Shown piece by piece: positions 46,763 to 57,400 of a DNA stretch of 64,000 bases (position 1 is its first letter; each line of letters starts with the position of its first letter). The notes below the pieces were generated by a model. The model did no database searches and had not been told where the DNA came from. It worked only from the letters and a program-made list of their open reading frames with translations. Both the position numbers and the translations under genes were made by a program. Origin of the DNA: an uncultured Phycisphaerales bacterium (GTDB lineage: Bacteria; Planctomycetota; Phycisphaerae; Tepidisphaerales; Tepidisphaeraceae); NCBI GenBank assembly GCA_963844715.1, contig CAWJPJ010000006.1, positions 1,184,001-1,248,000 on the forward strand, read 5' to 3'.

Positions 46763-47391
46763 CCGCCGCATCCGCGACCATCCCGACCCCGACTTTCACA
46801 CTGGACGAATTGCAGGCCAAAGTCATGCCCAGGCCCGCGAAGCGATCCAGACGAAAGAAACATTCTTTTCAGAAAACGCGGGTCAGATCGCGCGATGCTG
46901 CGCAAGTTTGGCCCACGCGTTTGACGAAGGCGCGCGGCTCTTTGTTTTCGGCAACGGCGGAAGCTGCTGCGATGCGGCTCCACATGGCCGTCGAGTGCAT
47001 GCACCCGATCATTCAAAAACGCCCGCCCCTCCCCGCGATTGCGCTCACGACCGATGTGGCGACGCTCACAGCCATCGGCAACGACCTCGATTTTTCAATG
47101 GCCTACGCCGCGCAGCTCCACGTCCTGGCCAGACCCGGCGACATCGCCATGGGTTTCTCCACCAGCGGGAAATCATCCAACGTGAACCGGGCCCTCCAGG
47201 CCGCGAGACAATTGAAAATGTTCACAGTCGGATTCGCCGGACGCGATGGCGGGAAAATGCCCGAGTTTTGCGATTTTTGCTTCGTGGTGCGGAGTTTCAG
47301 CATTCCCCGGATTCAAGAAACCCAGGAGACCCTGCTGCACATTGTCTGGGATTTGATTCACGTCATTCGCGGCGAGGAGGATGTCCTATGA
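46759..47391 (+). CDS. SIS-domain GmhA-like protein (two indels)
   Basis: [31 protein letters not shown] spread over two frames. Confidence 0.85.
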   Translation: MTAASATIPTPTFTLDELQAKVMPRPAKRSRRKKHSFQKTRVRSRDAAQVWPTRLTKARGSLFSATAEAAAMRLHMAVECMHPIIQKRPPLPAIALTTDVATLTAIGNDLDFSMAYAAQLHVLARPGDIAMGFSTSGKSSNVNRALQAARQLKMFTVGFAGRDGGKMPEFCDFCFVVRSFSIPRIQETQETLLHIVWDLIHVIRGEEDVL

Positions 47392-48464
47392 CCAGCGCCG
47401 CCGAGCCGATCAATGTGGAAATGTTCGGCACCTGCCCGACCCCGAAATACGACTACGACCGCATTCTCCTCGGACACGGAAGCGGCGGCGGCCTCACCGC
47501 CGACCTGATCCGCCGCGTCTTCATGCCGGAATTCCAAAACAAAACGCTCATGGCGATGGAGGATCAGGCGACCCTTAGCCTCGGCACAAAATCGCCAAGG
47601 CTCGCGTTTACAACCGACTCCTTCGTCGTGCAGCCGCTCTTCTTCCCGGGCGGGGATATCGGCAGGCTCGCCGTGCATGGAACAGTCAATGACCTGGCGG
47701 TGGGCGGCGCCAAGCCGATGTTTTTGTCCGCGGCTTTCATTTTGGAGGAGGGATTGCCGCTTGAAGACCTGAAGCGAATCGTCGCCTCGATGCGGCAAAG
47801 CTGCGAAGAAGCCGGAGTTCAACTCGTCACCGGCGACACCAAAGTCGTCGATCGCGGCAAGGGAGATCAGATCTTTATCGCCACTTCCGGAATTGGCGTG
47901 GTCCCGGCGGGCCGCGACCTTTCAATACACAACGCCAAGCCCGGCGATCGAATCTTGGTATCCGGAACCATCGGCGATCACGGAATCGCCATCATGTCCG
48001 TGCGCGAAGGAATCGAATTTGAAACCGTTTTGGAAAGCGACAGCGCGCCGCTAGGGACCCTGACGGAAGCAATGCTCGAGGCGGTCCCTTCAATTCGCTG
48101 CATGCGCGATCCAACCCGCGGCGGCGTTTCCAGCACGCTAAACGAACTGGCCGACGCATCGGCAGTAGGAGTGAAGATCACGGAGGCAAGGCTTCCGGTG
48201 CGCGGGGAAGTGCGGGCGGCGTGTGAAATGCTTGGATTGGATCCATTGTACGTCGCCAACGAGGGCAAGTTGATAGCCGTCTGCCCCGCCGGCGATGCGG
48301 ACCGCCTGCTTGTGGCGATGCGTTCCCATCCCCTGGGAAAAAACGCCGCCATCATCGGAGAAATCGTGGATGAGCACGCCGGAATGGTGGTCTTGAAATC
48401 GCTGGTCGGCGGCGAGCGCGTGGTGACGATGCTCGCCGGCGAGCAACTGCCGAGGATTTGCTGA
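47388..48464 (+). CDS. hypE: Hydrogenase maturation protein HypE
   Basis: GHGSGG, TTDSFVVQPLFFPGGDIG, RDPTRGG, GEQLPRIC*. Confidence 0.98.
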   Translation: MTSAAEPINVEMFGTCPTPKYDYDRILLGHGSGGGLTADLIRRVFMPEFQNKTLMAMEDQATLSLGTKSPRLAFTTDSFVVQPLFFPGGDIGRLAVHGTVNDLAVGGAKPMFLSAAFILEEGLPLEDLKRIVASMRQSCEEAGVQLVTGDTKVVDRGKGDQIFIATSGIGVVPAGRDLSIHNAKPGDRILVSGTIGDHGIAIMSVREGIEFETVLESDSAPLGTLTEAMLEAVPSIRCMRDPTRGGVSSTLNELADASAVGVKITEARLPVRGEVRAACEMLGLDPLYVANEGKLIAVCPAGDADRLLVAMRSHPLGKNAAIIGEIVDEHAGMVVLKSLVGGERVVTMLAGEQLPRIC

Positions 48465-48466
48465 TC

Positions 48467-49282
48467 ATGACTTCCGATATCTCCGTCAGCACGATCGACG
48501 ATCAGCCGCCCAAGAAGGCGCGCGGCCAGATTCTGCGCAGCGAGATCGAGGAGGGCGTCGAGTCCCAGCAGCGCCCCCTCAGCGGGCTCTTTTTCTCCGG
48601 ATTGTCGGCGGGTTTGGACATCGGATTCAGCGCCCTGCTCATGGCTGTCATGTGGACGCTGACCGACGGGCATCTCCCCCAGGCCATTTCGCGGCTGCTC
48701 ATCGCCAATATGTATGCGGTGGGCTTTGTCTTCGTGGTGGTGGGACGATCGGAACTATTCACCGAGCAGACGACGTTGGCGGTGCTGCCCATGCTGAGCC
48801 GCGAGACGACGTTCGCGTCGCTGCTTCGATTATGGGGAATTGTGTATGTGTCGAATCTCCTCGGCGCGACGGCGTTCGCCTTTTTGGCCGCGACGATCGC
48901 GCCGGACATGGGCGTGGCGTCCGCGCGGGCTTTCGGCGCCATCGCCGAGCGCATGACCGCGCATGGAAGCCAGACGATCTTCCTCAGCGCCATGCTCGCC
49001 GGCTGGCTCATGGGATTGATGTCCTGGCTGGTCGCGGCGGCGCACGACACCATCAGCCAGATCATGTTCGTCTGGTTGATCGCAACCTGCATCGGATTTG
49101 TCGGACTGCATCACGTTGTGCTGGGCTCGGTGGAAGTGCTCGCGGGTATTTTTGCGCATCAGGGAATCCCAACAACCGAATTCGGCCGCTTTCTGCTTTG
49201 GACCACGCTGGGAAACATCGTGGGCGGCTCCATTTTCGTGGGCCTGCTCAAATACAGCCATTCCAAACCGGAAGGCGCATAA
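48467..49282 (+). CDS. Formate/nitrite transporter (FNT/YfdC-like)
   Basis: GFVFVVVGRSELFTEQT, AGWLMG, GLHHVV, TLGNIVGG. Confidence 0.9.
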   Translation: MTSDISVSTIDDQPPKKARGQILRSEIEEGVESQQRPLSGLFFSGLSAGLDIGFSALLMAVMWTLTDGHLPQAISRLLIANMYAVGFVFVVVGRSELFTEQTTLAVLPMLSRETTFASLLRLWGIVYVSNLLGATAFAFLAATIAPDMGVASARAFGAIAERMTAHGSQTIFLSAMLAGWLMGLMSWLVAAAHDTISQIMFVWLIATCIGFVGLHHVVLGSVEVLAGIFAHQGIPTTEFGRFLLWTTLGNIVGGSIFVGLLKYSHSKPEGA

Positions 49283-49297
49283 GAAAGGATCGCCATC

Positions 49298-50371
49298 ATG
49301 ACTCAGACAGACGCTCCATACGGAAGAAAGACGCAGCGCCCATCGCCGGTGAAGGAAATCCACATCCTCTGGATCACCGCGGGCCTCGGTTGCGACGGTG
49401 ATTCGGTCTCCATCACGGCGGCAACACAGCCCAGTGTGGAAGATGTCTTGCTCGGAGCGATCCCCGGATTGCCTAAGGTGCATCTGCACAATCCCGTGCT
49501 CGCGTACGAGGTGGGGGATGAGTTCATGCAATTTTGGTATCAGGCCGAGGAGGGACGGCTCGATCCGTTCGTGCTGGTGATCGAGGGGTCCATCCCCAAC
49601 GAAAAAATCAAGGAAGAGGGATACTGGGCAGCGCTGGGAACGGATAAGAAGACCGGTCAACCGATCACCACCTGCGAATGGATCGACCGCCTGGCGCCCA
49701 AGGCGCTGGCGGTTGTGGCCTGCGGAACATGCGCCACCTATGGCGGCATTCACGCCATGGAGGGAAATCCAACCGGCTGCATGGGCCTGGCGGATTACCT
49801 GGGATGGAGTTGGAAATCCAAGGCCGGCCTCCCCATCGTCAACGTGCCCGGGTGCCCCGTGCAGCCCGACAACTTCATGGAAACGCTCCTCTATCTGCTT
49901 TATCAGGTGGCTGGACTTGCGCCGATGATTCCGCTCGACGAGCAGCTCAGGCCCAAGTGGCTGTTCGGCGCGACCGTTCACGACGGTTGCGATCGAGCGG
50001 GCTATTACGAGCAGGCGGATTTCACCAAAGAGTATGGCTCGCCCAAGTGCCTGGTGAAGATCGGGTGCTGGGGCCCCGTGGTGAATTGCAATGTTCCAAA
50101 ACGCGGCTGGATGGCGGGAATTGGCGGGTGCCCCAACGTCGGCGGCATCTGCATCGGTTGCACCATGCCCGGTTTCCCCGACAAATTCATGCCGTTCATG
50201 GACGAGCCCCCCGGGGCGGCCGTCTCCACCAAGGGTATCGCGATCTATGGCAGAACCATCCGCACCCTTCGCAGTTTCACGAATCATACGGTGAACCAGG
50301 AGCCGAAGTGGCGCCATCGCCGCCCCGCCCTCACCACCGGTTATCACCCCGTCAGTTATTCACGCCCGTAA
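49298..50371 (+). CDS. hhyS: Group 1h [NiFe]-hydrogenase small subunit
   Basis: WITAGLGCDGDS, CGTCATYGG, PGCP, HDGCDR, GCWGP, ICIGC; no Tat signal. Confidence 0.93.
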   Translation: MTQTDAPYGRKTQRPSPVKEIHILWITAGLGCDGDSVSITAATQPSVEDVLLGAIPGLPKVHLHNPVLAYEVGDEFMQFWYQAEEGRLDPFVLVIEGSIPNEKIKEEGYWAALGTDKKTGQPITTCEWIDRLAPKALAVVACGTCATYGGIHAMEGNPTGCMGLADYLGWSWKSKAGLPIVNVPGCPVQPDNFMETLLYLLYQVAGLAPMIPLDEQLRPKWLFGATVHDGCDRAGYYEQADFTKEYGSPKCLVKIGCWGPVVNCNVPKRGWMAGIGGCPNVGGICIGCTMPGFPDKFMPFMDEPPGAAVSTKGIAIYGRTIRTLRSFTNHTVNQEPKWRHRRPALTTGYHPVSYSRP

Positions 50372-50388
50372 CTTGAAAGGAATATGTC

Positions 50389-52187
50389 ATGACCACCACC
50401 GCCGCACCGGCACGAGACACTTCGACCAGCAATCGGAAACTCGTCGAGATGTCCTGGGACCCCATTACCCGCATCGTCGGGAGCCTGGGGATTTACACCA
50501 AGCTCGACTTTGAAAAAAAGGTTGTCGCCGAGTGTCACAGCACCTCTTCGATTTTCCGCGGGTACAGCATCTTTATGAAAGGCAAAGACCCGCGCGATGC
50601 GCATTTCATCACCAGCCGCATCTGCGGAATCTGCGGGGACAATCACGCGACCTGCGCCTGTTACGCGCAAAACATGGCGTTTGGAATCAAGCCCCCGGCG
50701 ATCGCCGAATGGATCGTGAATCTCGGCGAAGCGGCGGAATACATGTTCGACCACAACATATTCCAGGACAACCTGGTCGGCGTGGATTTCTGCGAGCAGA
50801 TGGTCAAGGAGACCAATCCATCCGTCTGGGCCAAAGCGCAGAAGACGGCGGCTCCGCACGCGGATATCCATCACTTTCGCACCATCGCGGACATCATGAC
50901 CTCGCTGAATCCGTTCACCGGGACTTTCTACCGCGAGGCGTTGTCGATGAGCCGGATGACGCGGGAAATGTTCTGCCTGATGGAAGGCAGGCACGTGCAT
51001 CCCTCGACGCTCTATCCGGGCGGCGTCGGGACCGTGCCGACGGTGCAGTTATTCACCGATTATCTCGTGCGCCTGATGAAATACGTCGAGTTCATGAAGA
51101 AAGTCGTGCCCATGCACGATGATCTGTTCGATTTCTTCTACCAGGCCCTCCCCGGCTACGAAAAAGTGGGCCAGCGGCGCGTCCTGCTGGGATGCTGGGG
51201 ATCGTTCAATAACCCCGACGTGTGCGACTACACCTACAAGAACATGAGCAAATGGGGCAAGGCGATGTACGTCACGCCCGGCGTAATCGTCGATGGCAAA
51301 CTCGTCACCAACGATCTGATCGACATCAATCTGAACATCCGCATCCTGCTGGGAAGTTCCTATTACGATGATTGGAACGACCAGGAGATGTTCGTCAAGG
51401 AAGATCCGCTCGGGAACCCGGTGGATCGGCGCCATCCCTGGAACCAGACCACAACGCCGCGCCCGCAGAAGCGCGATTTCAGCGACAAATACAGCTGGGT
51501 GATGTCCCCGCGCTGGTTCGACAAGCGGACGGGCGACCATCTGGCGCTCGATACCGGCGGCGGGCCGATCGCGCGGCTCTGGTCCACGGCGTTATCCGGG
51601 CTCGTCGATATCGGCTACATCAAGGCGACCGGCAGCAGCGTCAAGATCTATCTGCCCAAAACGATGTCCATGCCGGAAGTGGAATTCGAATGGAAGATCC
51701 CCAAATGGAGCAACTGCATCGAGCGCGATCGGGCCCGGACCTATTTCCAGGCGTATGCCGCCGCGGCGGCGCTTTATTTCGTCGAAAAGGCGCTGACGGA
51801 AGTACACGCGGGAAATACCAAGACCTGGACCGAGTTCAAGGTTCCGGACGAAGCGATTGCCTGCGGGTTCCATGAGGCGGTGCGCGGCGTGCTTTCGCAT
51901 CACGTCGTAATTCGCGGCGGAAAGATCGCCAACTATCACCCCTACCCCCCCACTCCCTGGAACGCGAATCCCCGCGATTCGTTTGGGACGCCGGGACCGT
52001 ACGAGGATGCAGTTCAAAACACGCCGATTTTCGAGGAAAATGGGCCGGATAAGTTCAAAGGGATCGACATCATGCTGCGCGGTGCGAAGCTTCGATCCGT
52101 GTTTGCCGTGCGGCGTGCACATGTACCTCGGTGGCGGCAAGACCCTCGAGGTCCACCATCAGCCCATGTTCGGGTCGCAGCGCGTAA
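50389..52187 (+). CDS. hhyL: Group 1h [NiFe]-hydrogenase large subunit (indel near 52078; end approximate)
   Basis: L1 TSRICGICGDNH; L2 VRSFDPCLPCGVH in the shifted frame. Confidence 0.93.
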
Positions 52188-52200
52188 ACAAGGAGCGAAG

Positions 52201-52761
52201 ATGGCCAACGCGACGGAAGACCTTCGCCTGCGCGAGCGGATCAGACGGATCGATACGCTGTTGCAGGAAATCGACAAGTTCCCCGACCCGCAGGCGAAGG
52301 GGCGCATGAGGGAAATCGTTCAGTGCGTCATGGACATGCACGGCGCCGTTTTGGAACGGATTTTCGATCAGGTCGCCGAAAGCCCCGAATCCGGAACCAC
52401 GCTGATCGATTCCCTGGCCAAGGATGACCTCATCGCGAGTTTGCTGATTTTGTACGGCTTGCATCCGCTCGATATCGAGACGCGCGTCGCCGAGGCGCTG
52501 GAAAAAGTCCGGCCGTATCTGCACTCCCACGGTGGAAACGTCGAATTGCTCGGCCTCGACGACGGCGTTGTGCGGCTGCGGCTCCAAGGAAGCTGCCACG
52601 GATGCCCCTCTTCGGCGATGACCCTCAAGAGCACCATCGAAGAGGCTATCATGGAAAAGGCGCCGGATGTGGCGGGCATTGACGTGGAGGGCCAAACCAC
52701 TGAATCGGTCGCCGGCGAGGCGGAACACAAGGGCCTGGCGCTGCCGGTGATTTCCGGGTGA
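52201..52761 (+). CDS. NifU/NfuA-like Fe-S carrier
   Basis: Own RBS aaggag; RPYLHSHGGNVE, GSCHGCPSS. Confidence 0.9.
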   Translation: MANATEDLRLRERIRRIDTLLQEIDKFPDPQAKGRMREIVQCVMDMHGAVLERIFDQVAESPESGTTLIDSLAKDDLIASLLILYGLHPLDIETRVAEALEKVRPYLHSHGGNVELLGLDDGVVRLRLQGSCHGCPSSAMTLKSTIEEAIMEKAPDVAGIDVEGQTTESVAGEAEHKGLALPVISG

Positions 52762-52768
52762 GGCGCGT

Positions 52769-53405
52769 ATGTCAATCACCGACACATCATCGCAACAACC
52801 GCTGCCAGGCCTGCGTGGCTTTGTGCGGCCGCGCAAAAATGTGGAAACCTGCGAGCTGTGCGGGGCCGCCCTTGAACGGCCGGCACCAGCACTTGCTGGA
52901 AGTGAATGCCCGTCGCCTGGTGTGCAGTTGCGATGCGTGCGCGATTTTGTTCAGCGGACGCGGCGTGCGATATCGCCGGGTGCCGCGACGGATCGAATGC
53001 CTCGAGGATTTTCGCATCACCGATGAGCAATGGGAGGGGCTGCATCTGCCGATCAATCTCGCCTTCTTTTATTTCAGCACGCCGGCGGGAAAAGTCGTCG
53101 CGATGTTTCCCAGCCCGGCCGGGGCAACCGAATCGCTTTTGACTTTGCAAACCTGGGACGAGCTGGTCGAGGCCAATCCGGTGCTCAAGGAATTGGAGCC
53201 GGATGTCGAGGCCCTGCTCGTCAATCGAGTCGGAAAAGCCCGGGATTATTGCCGGGCCCCGATCGATGAATGTTACAAACTGGTCGGGCTGATCCGAACC
53301 TATTGGCGCGGACTGTCGGGCGGCAATGAAGTATGGGAACAACTCGCCGCTTTCTTCGCGGAGGTGAGAAATAAATCCGGCTCCAAGGGAGGACCCAATG
53401 CCTGA
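52769..53405 (+). CDS. DUF5947-like hhy-associated protein (frameshift near 52872)
   Basis: CELC...HQHL...CSCDAC, FPSPAGATESLL, PIDECYKLVG. Confidence 0.8.
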
Positions 53406-54045
53406 TCTCTCGTTCGACATTTTAGGGGCTGAACCCGTGCAATTCGCGGCTTCGCCCATGATCCATTTCGCCCTCAAGGTCAAAGATGCGGAACTCGGCA
53501 AAATTCACGCCGTCGCGCTGCGATGCCAGATTCGCATCGAACCCGCGCAGCGGAGATACGACGCGGGGGAAAAAGCTCGCCTCCGCGATCTCTTTGGCGA
53601 GCCGTCCCGATGGGGACAAACCATGCGCACGATGCTCTGGGCCCATACCACGGCGGTCGTTCCCCCCTTTGAAGGGACCACGACGGTTCAACTTCCGGTC
53701 GCCTGCACCTATGATTTCAATATCGCCGCGGCGAAATACTTTTATGGATTGGATGAGGGTGAAGTCCCGCTCTGCTTCCTGTTCAGTGGAACAATCTTCT
53801 TTTCCAGCGAAGACGGAAACATGCAAATTTCCCAAATTCCGTGGGAAAAGGAGGCAAATTTCAGGCTGCCCGTGAAGGTCTGGCGGGAAATGATGGCGTT
53901 TTATTATCCGAACACCGCGTGGCTGCCGCTGCGCAAGGATGTCTTCGATCAGCTCTACGAATTCAAAACCCGCCATTCCCTCCCGACCTGGGAAGCGGCG
54001 ATGGAGAAGCTGATCGGCTCACAAATTGAACAGGTGGAAACGTGA
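53398..54045 (+). CDS. DUF6084-like hhy-associated protein
   Basis: LRCQIRIEP, DLFGEPSRWGQT, CTYDFN, YYPNTAW. Confidence 0.8.
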   Translation: MPDLSFDILGAEPVQFAASPMIHFALKVKDAELGKIHAVALRCQIRIEPAQRRYDAGEKARLRDLFGEPSRWGQTMRTMLWAHTTAVVPPFEGTTTVQLPVACTYDFNIAAAKYFYGLDEGEVPLCFLFSGTIFFSSEDGNMQISQIPWEKEANFRLPVKVWREMMAFYYPNTAWLPLRKDVFDQLYEFKTRHSLPTWEAAMEKLIGSQIEQVET

Positions 54046-55103
54046 ATCGCGGCTTCGTCGACAGAATCACCCGCGCTCTGCTTTACGAGGGATACGTTCT
54101 TTATCCGTACCGCAAGTCCGTGAAAAACTCCCATCGCTGGACGTTCGGCGGCATTTACCCCCAGGCATGGAGCAAAGCGCAAACCGGCGCCGATGCCTGG
54201 ATGATGCAGACCGAATGCCTGATCCACGGCACCGGCCGAACGCGCCTGCGGACGATCGTGCGGTTTTTGCAATTGGTCAATCGCCAGGTGGGAGAAATCG
54301 ATCCTCCGCTGGACGAACTCCCCGCCGAGGGCGAGCCCGAATATCGAACCACGCCCTCCCTGCGCATCGGCGAAAAGTTATATCAAAGCTGGCAGGAAGC
54401 CGAGGAACGAGAAGTCGATTTTGGGATGGTTCAGATCGCCGATCTGGTCCGCCAGTCCTATCGAACCTTCGTTCAATATCCGCTTCGGCGAACGATCGAG
54501 CCTCTGCGCGAAGAGTTCGGCAAGATCGCCGGACTATTGATCCGCGACCAGCGCGCCATTGAAGGCACGATCGAGATTTTCGCGGCGCCGGTCGCCGATG
54601 ATCTATTCAGGCTCACCGTCCGGATCACAAATCAAACCGAATTGCCCGATGCGCAAGACCGGAACGAGGCGCTCCTGCGATCGTTTGTATCCACGCACAC
54701 GATATTGGGAGCCGAGGAAGGAGAGTTCGTCTCCCAAACCGATCCCCTGGCAATATGGAAAACCCAATCCGCCGACTGCCGCAACCTGGGGGCTTGGCCG
54801 GTGCTGGTCGGCGAAGAAGGAACTCGCGACACGGTCTTGTCTTCCCCGATCATTTTAAGCGACTACCCGCAGCTCGCCCCCGAGAGCCCCGGCGATTTGT
54901 TCGACTCAACCGAGATCGACGAGATTCTGACCCTGCGCATTCTGACGCTGACGGACGAAGAAAAACGCGCCGCCGCCGGCATGGACGAACGCGTCCGCCA
55001 TCTGCTGGAACGAACCGAAGCGCTGGCCCGCGATCAACTGATGAATCTGCACGGAACGATTCGCGGACTAAAGCCCGTGGCCCAGGAGCAATCCAATGGA
55101 TGA
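54042..55103 (+). CDS. Conserved hhy-associated protein
   Basis: LLYEGYVLYPYR, LSSPIILSDYPQLAPESPGDLFDSTEIDEIL. Confidence 0.8.
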   Translation: MNRGFVDRITRALLYEGYVLYPYRKSVKNSHRWTFGGIYPQAWSKAQTGADAWMMQTECLIHGTGRTRLRTIVRFLQLVNRQVGEIDPPLDELPAEGEPEYRTTPSLRIGEKLYQSWQEAEEREVDFGMVQIADLVRQSYRTFVQYPLRRTIEPLREEFGKIAGLLIRDQRAIEGTIEIFAAPVADDLFRLTVRITNQTELPDAQDRNEALLRSFVSTHTILGAEEGEFVSQTDPLAIWKTQSADCRNLGAWPVLVGEEGTRDTVLSSPIILSDYPQLAPESPGDLFDSTEIDEILTLRILTLTDEEKRAAAGMDERVRHLLERTEALARDQLMNLHGTIRGLKPVAQEQSNG

Positions 55104-55422
55104 ATTCCCCTCATTTCCCGGCGATCTCCACACCGAGCGGAAACTCGACCGCGTCTTCGCGGACGGCGTCGAAATCAAACCCGGCGATCAGGTCGTCCTG
55201 CGACCCGTCGCCCGCGCCGATATTTTCGATCTCGCCCTTGAGGGCAAAGTCGCCACCGTTGTTTCCATTGAACAAGACTATGAAGACCGCATCCATCTGG
55301 CCGTCACCGTCGACCAGGACCCGGGCTGGGAACTCGGTTGCGACGGCATGATCGGCCATCGCTTTTTCTTCGGCGTGGACGAAGTCGTCCCCGCCGCCAG
55401 GCACAATGATCCACGCATTTGA
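55096..55422 (+). CDS. Conserved hhy-associated small protein
   Basis: GDQVVLRP, ADIFDLAL, HLAVTVDQDPG, HRFFFGVDEV. Confidence 0.75.
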   Translation: MDEFPSFPGDLHTERKLDRVFADGVEIKPGDQVVLRPVARADIFDLALEGKVATVVSIEQDYEDRIHLAVTVDQDPGWELGCDGMIGHRFFFGVDEVVPAARHNDPRI

Positions 55423-55438
55423 TTGGAGGTCCTTTATC

Positions 55439-55674
55439 ATGAAATCCGAGCACGAATTATCCGACGACGGCGAAACGCGTGACGTCCTCTTTTTAGCCGG
55501 CGGCGCCGCCCTGATTCTCCTGGGCACGGATTGATGATGGCGCATCCCGTCCTTCGGCGTAATGCCAAGGCTGCCCTGGCAACGTTCATGCCCGACCTGG
55601 AAGGACCCGTCAAGGCCGGCATCAAGGGGGTTATTCCCGACCTCGAGCGCTATCTCAAGCTGAAAGCGATGTAG
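55439..55674 (+). CDS. Small membrane protein, DUF6893-like (frameshift near 55528)
   Basis: RBS ggaggt; TM segment, then IPDLERYLKLKAM*. Confidence 0.65.
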
Positions 55675-55679
55675 ATCGG

Positions 55680-56249
55680 ATGTCCCCATCGACATTGGCT
55701 ACCCGTTACCTCCTCGATACATCCCGAAGCCGGTTCACCGTTCAGGCTTTCGCCTCCGGACTCCTCGCTGGCTTCGGGCACAATCCGATCTTCGTCGTCC
55801 GCGACTTTGCCGGCGAGTTGATCTTTTCCCCCGACCAACCCGGCGATTGTTCCTATTCCATGACGGTCCAGTCCCCATCCTTGCAACTCAGCGACGGCCT
55901 GACCGAGCACGAACGCCAGGAAATCCAGCGCATCGCCATGGATGAAGTTCTCGAAGTCGCCAAATATCCCGACATCGCCTTCCGCAGCACCAAAATCCTC
56001 GCGACCAACATTACGCCCGGCTGGTTCCGCGCCCAAATCAAAGGCCTGCTCCGATTGCACGGAATCATCCGCCACTTGCCCATCGACGCCCAACTCCGAT
56101 TTGCCGATCGCACCATGCAACTAAGCGGCGATTTCACGATCAATTTCCGCGACTTCAACATCAAAGCCGTCGCCGGCACCGCGGGTTTGATCAAGGTAAA
56201 GGATGAACTCAAATTCCAGTTCAACCTCCTGGGCCAGGAAAAAAGATGA
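55680..56249 (+). CDS. YceI-family lipid/polyisoprenoid-binding protein, copy 1
   Basis: VLEVAKYPDIAFRS, GLLRLHG, IKVKDEL. Confidence 0.88.
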   Translation: MSPSTLATRYLLDTSRSRFTVQAFASGLLAGFGHNPIFVVRDFAGELIFSPDQPGDCSYSMTVQSPSLQLSDGLTEHERQEIQRIAMDEVLEVAKYPDIAFRSTKILATNITPGWFRAQIKGLLRLHGIIRHLPIDAQLRFADRTMQLSGDFTINFRDFNIKAVAGTAGLIKVKDELKFQFNLLGQEKR

Positions 56250-56839
56250 GCGGTCCGCCGGCAAATCCCCTTTCCACCAGCGCAACGCGCTACGTCCTGG
56301 ACGTACCGAACAGCCGCTTCACCGTCCAGGCGTTCGCCGCCGGTTTCCTGGCGGCCTTCGCCCACAGCCCCACATTCGCCGTTCGCGATTTTTCCGGCGA
56401 ATTTCGATTTTCCCCCGACGGCGCCGGCCAATCTTCTTTTGAAATGACCGTGCAAGCCCAATCGCTCCAATTGACCGACGATGTGAAGGAAAGCGATCGG
56501 CAAGAGATTCAAAAGACCGCTCTCGACGATGTCCTCGAGGTCGGCAAGTTTCCCCAGATCTCCTTTCGCAGCGCCCAAATCGTAATCACCAAAATCACCG
56601 AAGCCTGGTATCGCGCCGAAATCCGCGGCGACATGCGCCTGCACGGAGCGACCAGGCCGCTGTCCATCGATACCCAGGTGCGCCTCGCCGAACGCGCCAT
56701 GAGAGTCAGCGGCGAATTCACCATCAAGTTCCCCGATTACCAAATTAAACGCGTCACCGGTCTGGCCGGCCTCATCAAGATCAAGGATGAGCTGAAATTC
56801 TCTTTCGATCTATCCGGCCGCCAGGAGCCAGAGGCTTAA
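56246..56839 (+). CDS. YceI-family protein, copy 2
   Basis: Clear paralogue of the preceding gene: SRFTVQAFAAG, VLEVGKFPQISFRS, IKIKDELKF. Confidence 0.88.
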   Translation: MSGPPANPLSTSATRYVLDVPNSRFTVQAFAAGFLAAFAHSPTFAVRDFSGEFRFSPDGAGQSSFEMTVQAQSLQLTDDVKESDRQEIQKTALDDVLEVGKFPQISFRSAQIVITKITEAWYRAEIRGDMRLHGATRPLSIDTQVRLAERAMRVSGEFTIKFPDYQIKRVTGLAGLIKIKDELKFSFDLSGRQEPEA

Positions 56840-56842
56840 ATC

Positions 56843-57388
56843 ATGTCCCCTCCCCGCATTCTCATCGCCGGCATCGGCAACATTTTCCTCGGCGACGACG
56901 CCTTCGGTGTAGAAGTCGCGCAAAAACTCGCCAAACGTAAGATGCCCGAGGGCGTATGCGTCACTGACTTCGGAATCCGCGGCCTCGATCTGGCATACTC
57001 GTTGCTTGATGAACATGCCATGGTCGTCCTCATCGATGCAGTCTCACGCGGCAATGCGCCCGGCACGCTTTATCTCATCGAGCCCGACATTTCGTCGCTT
57101 CAGTCCGGCGATCAGCCCCTCACTCTCGACGCCCACGGCATGCATCCCGAAAAAGTCCTGCGCCATGCCGCCTCGATGGGCGCCAAGTTCGGCCGTGTCC
57201 TCCTGGTCGGATGCGAGCCCACCCCATTCAATCCCGACCTGGACATGCAGATGGACTTGAGCGAGCCCGTCCGCGCCGCCGTCGATGAGGCGGTCCAAAT
57301 GGTCGAATCACTCGTGTCAGATTTTTTGAACAATCGACATTTCGCCGGCGCCCCCAACGCAGGCGCGGCGAAGTCGAACTTTTCCTAA
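56843..57388 (+). CDS. Hydrogenase maturation endopeptidase (HyaD/HybD family)
   Basis: AGIGNIFLGDDAFG, LIDAV, DAHGMHP, VGCEP. Confidence 0.93.
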   Translation: MSPPRILIAGIGNIFLGDDAFGVEVAQKLAKRKMPEGVCVTDFGIRGLDLAYSLLDEHAMVVLIDAVSRGNAPGTLYLIEPDISSLQSGDQPLTLDAHGMHPEKVLRHAASMGAKFGRVLLVGCEPTPFNPDLDMQMDLSEPVRAAVDEAVQMVESLVSDFLNNRHFAGAPNAGAAKSNFS

Positions 57389-57400
57389 AGGAGTTGTCCC

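Noticed and set aside
46608..48464. 618-aa GmhA-HypE fusion
   Set aside because: Caused by two compensating indels in the SIS gene; hypE starts at 47388.
50389..52761. 790-aa HhyL-NifU fusion in the ORF track
   Set aside because: The L2 motif is in another frame and the NifU part has its own RBS and ATG at 52201; an indel artefact.
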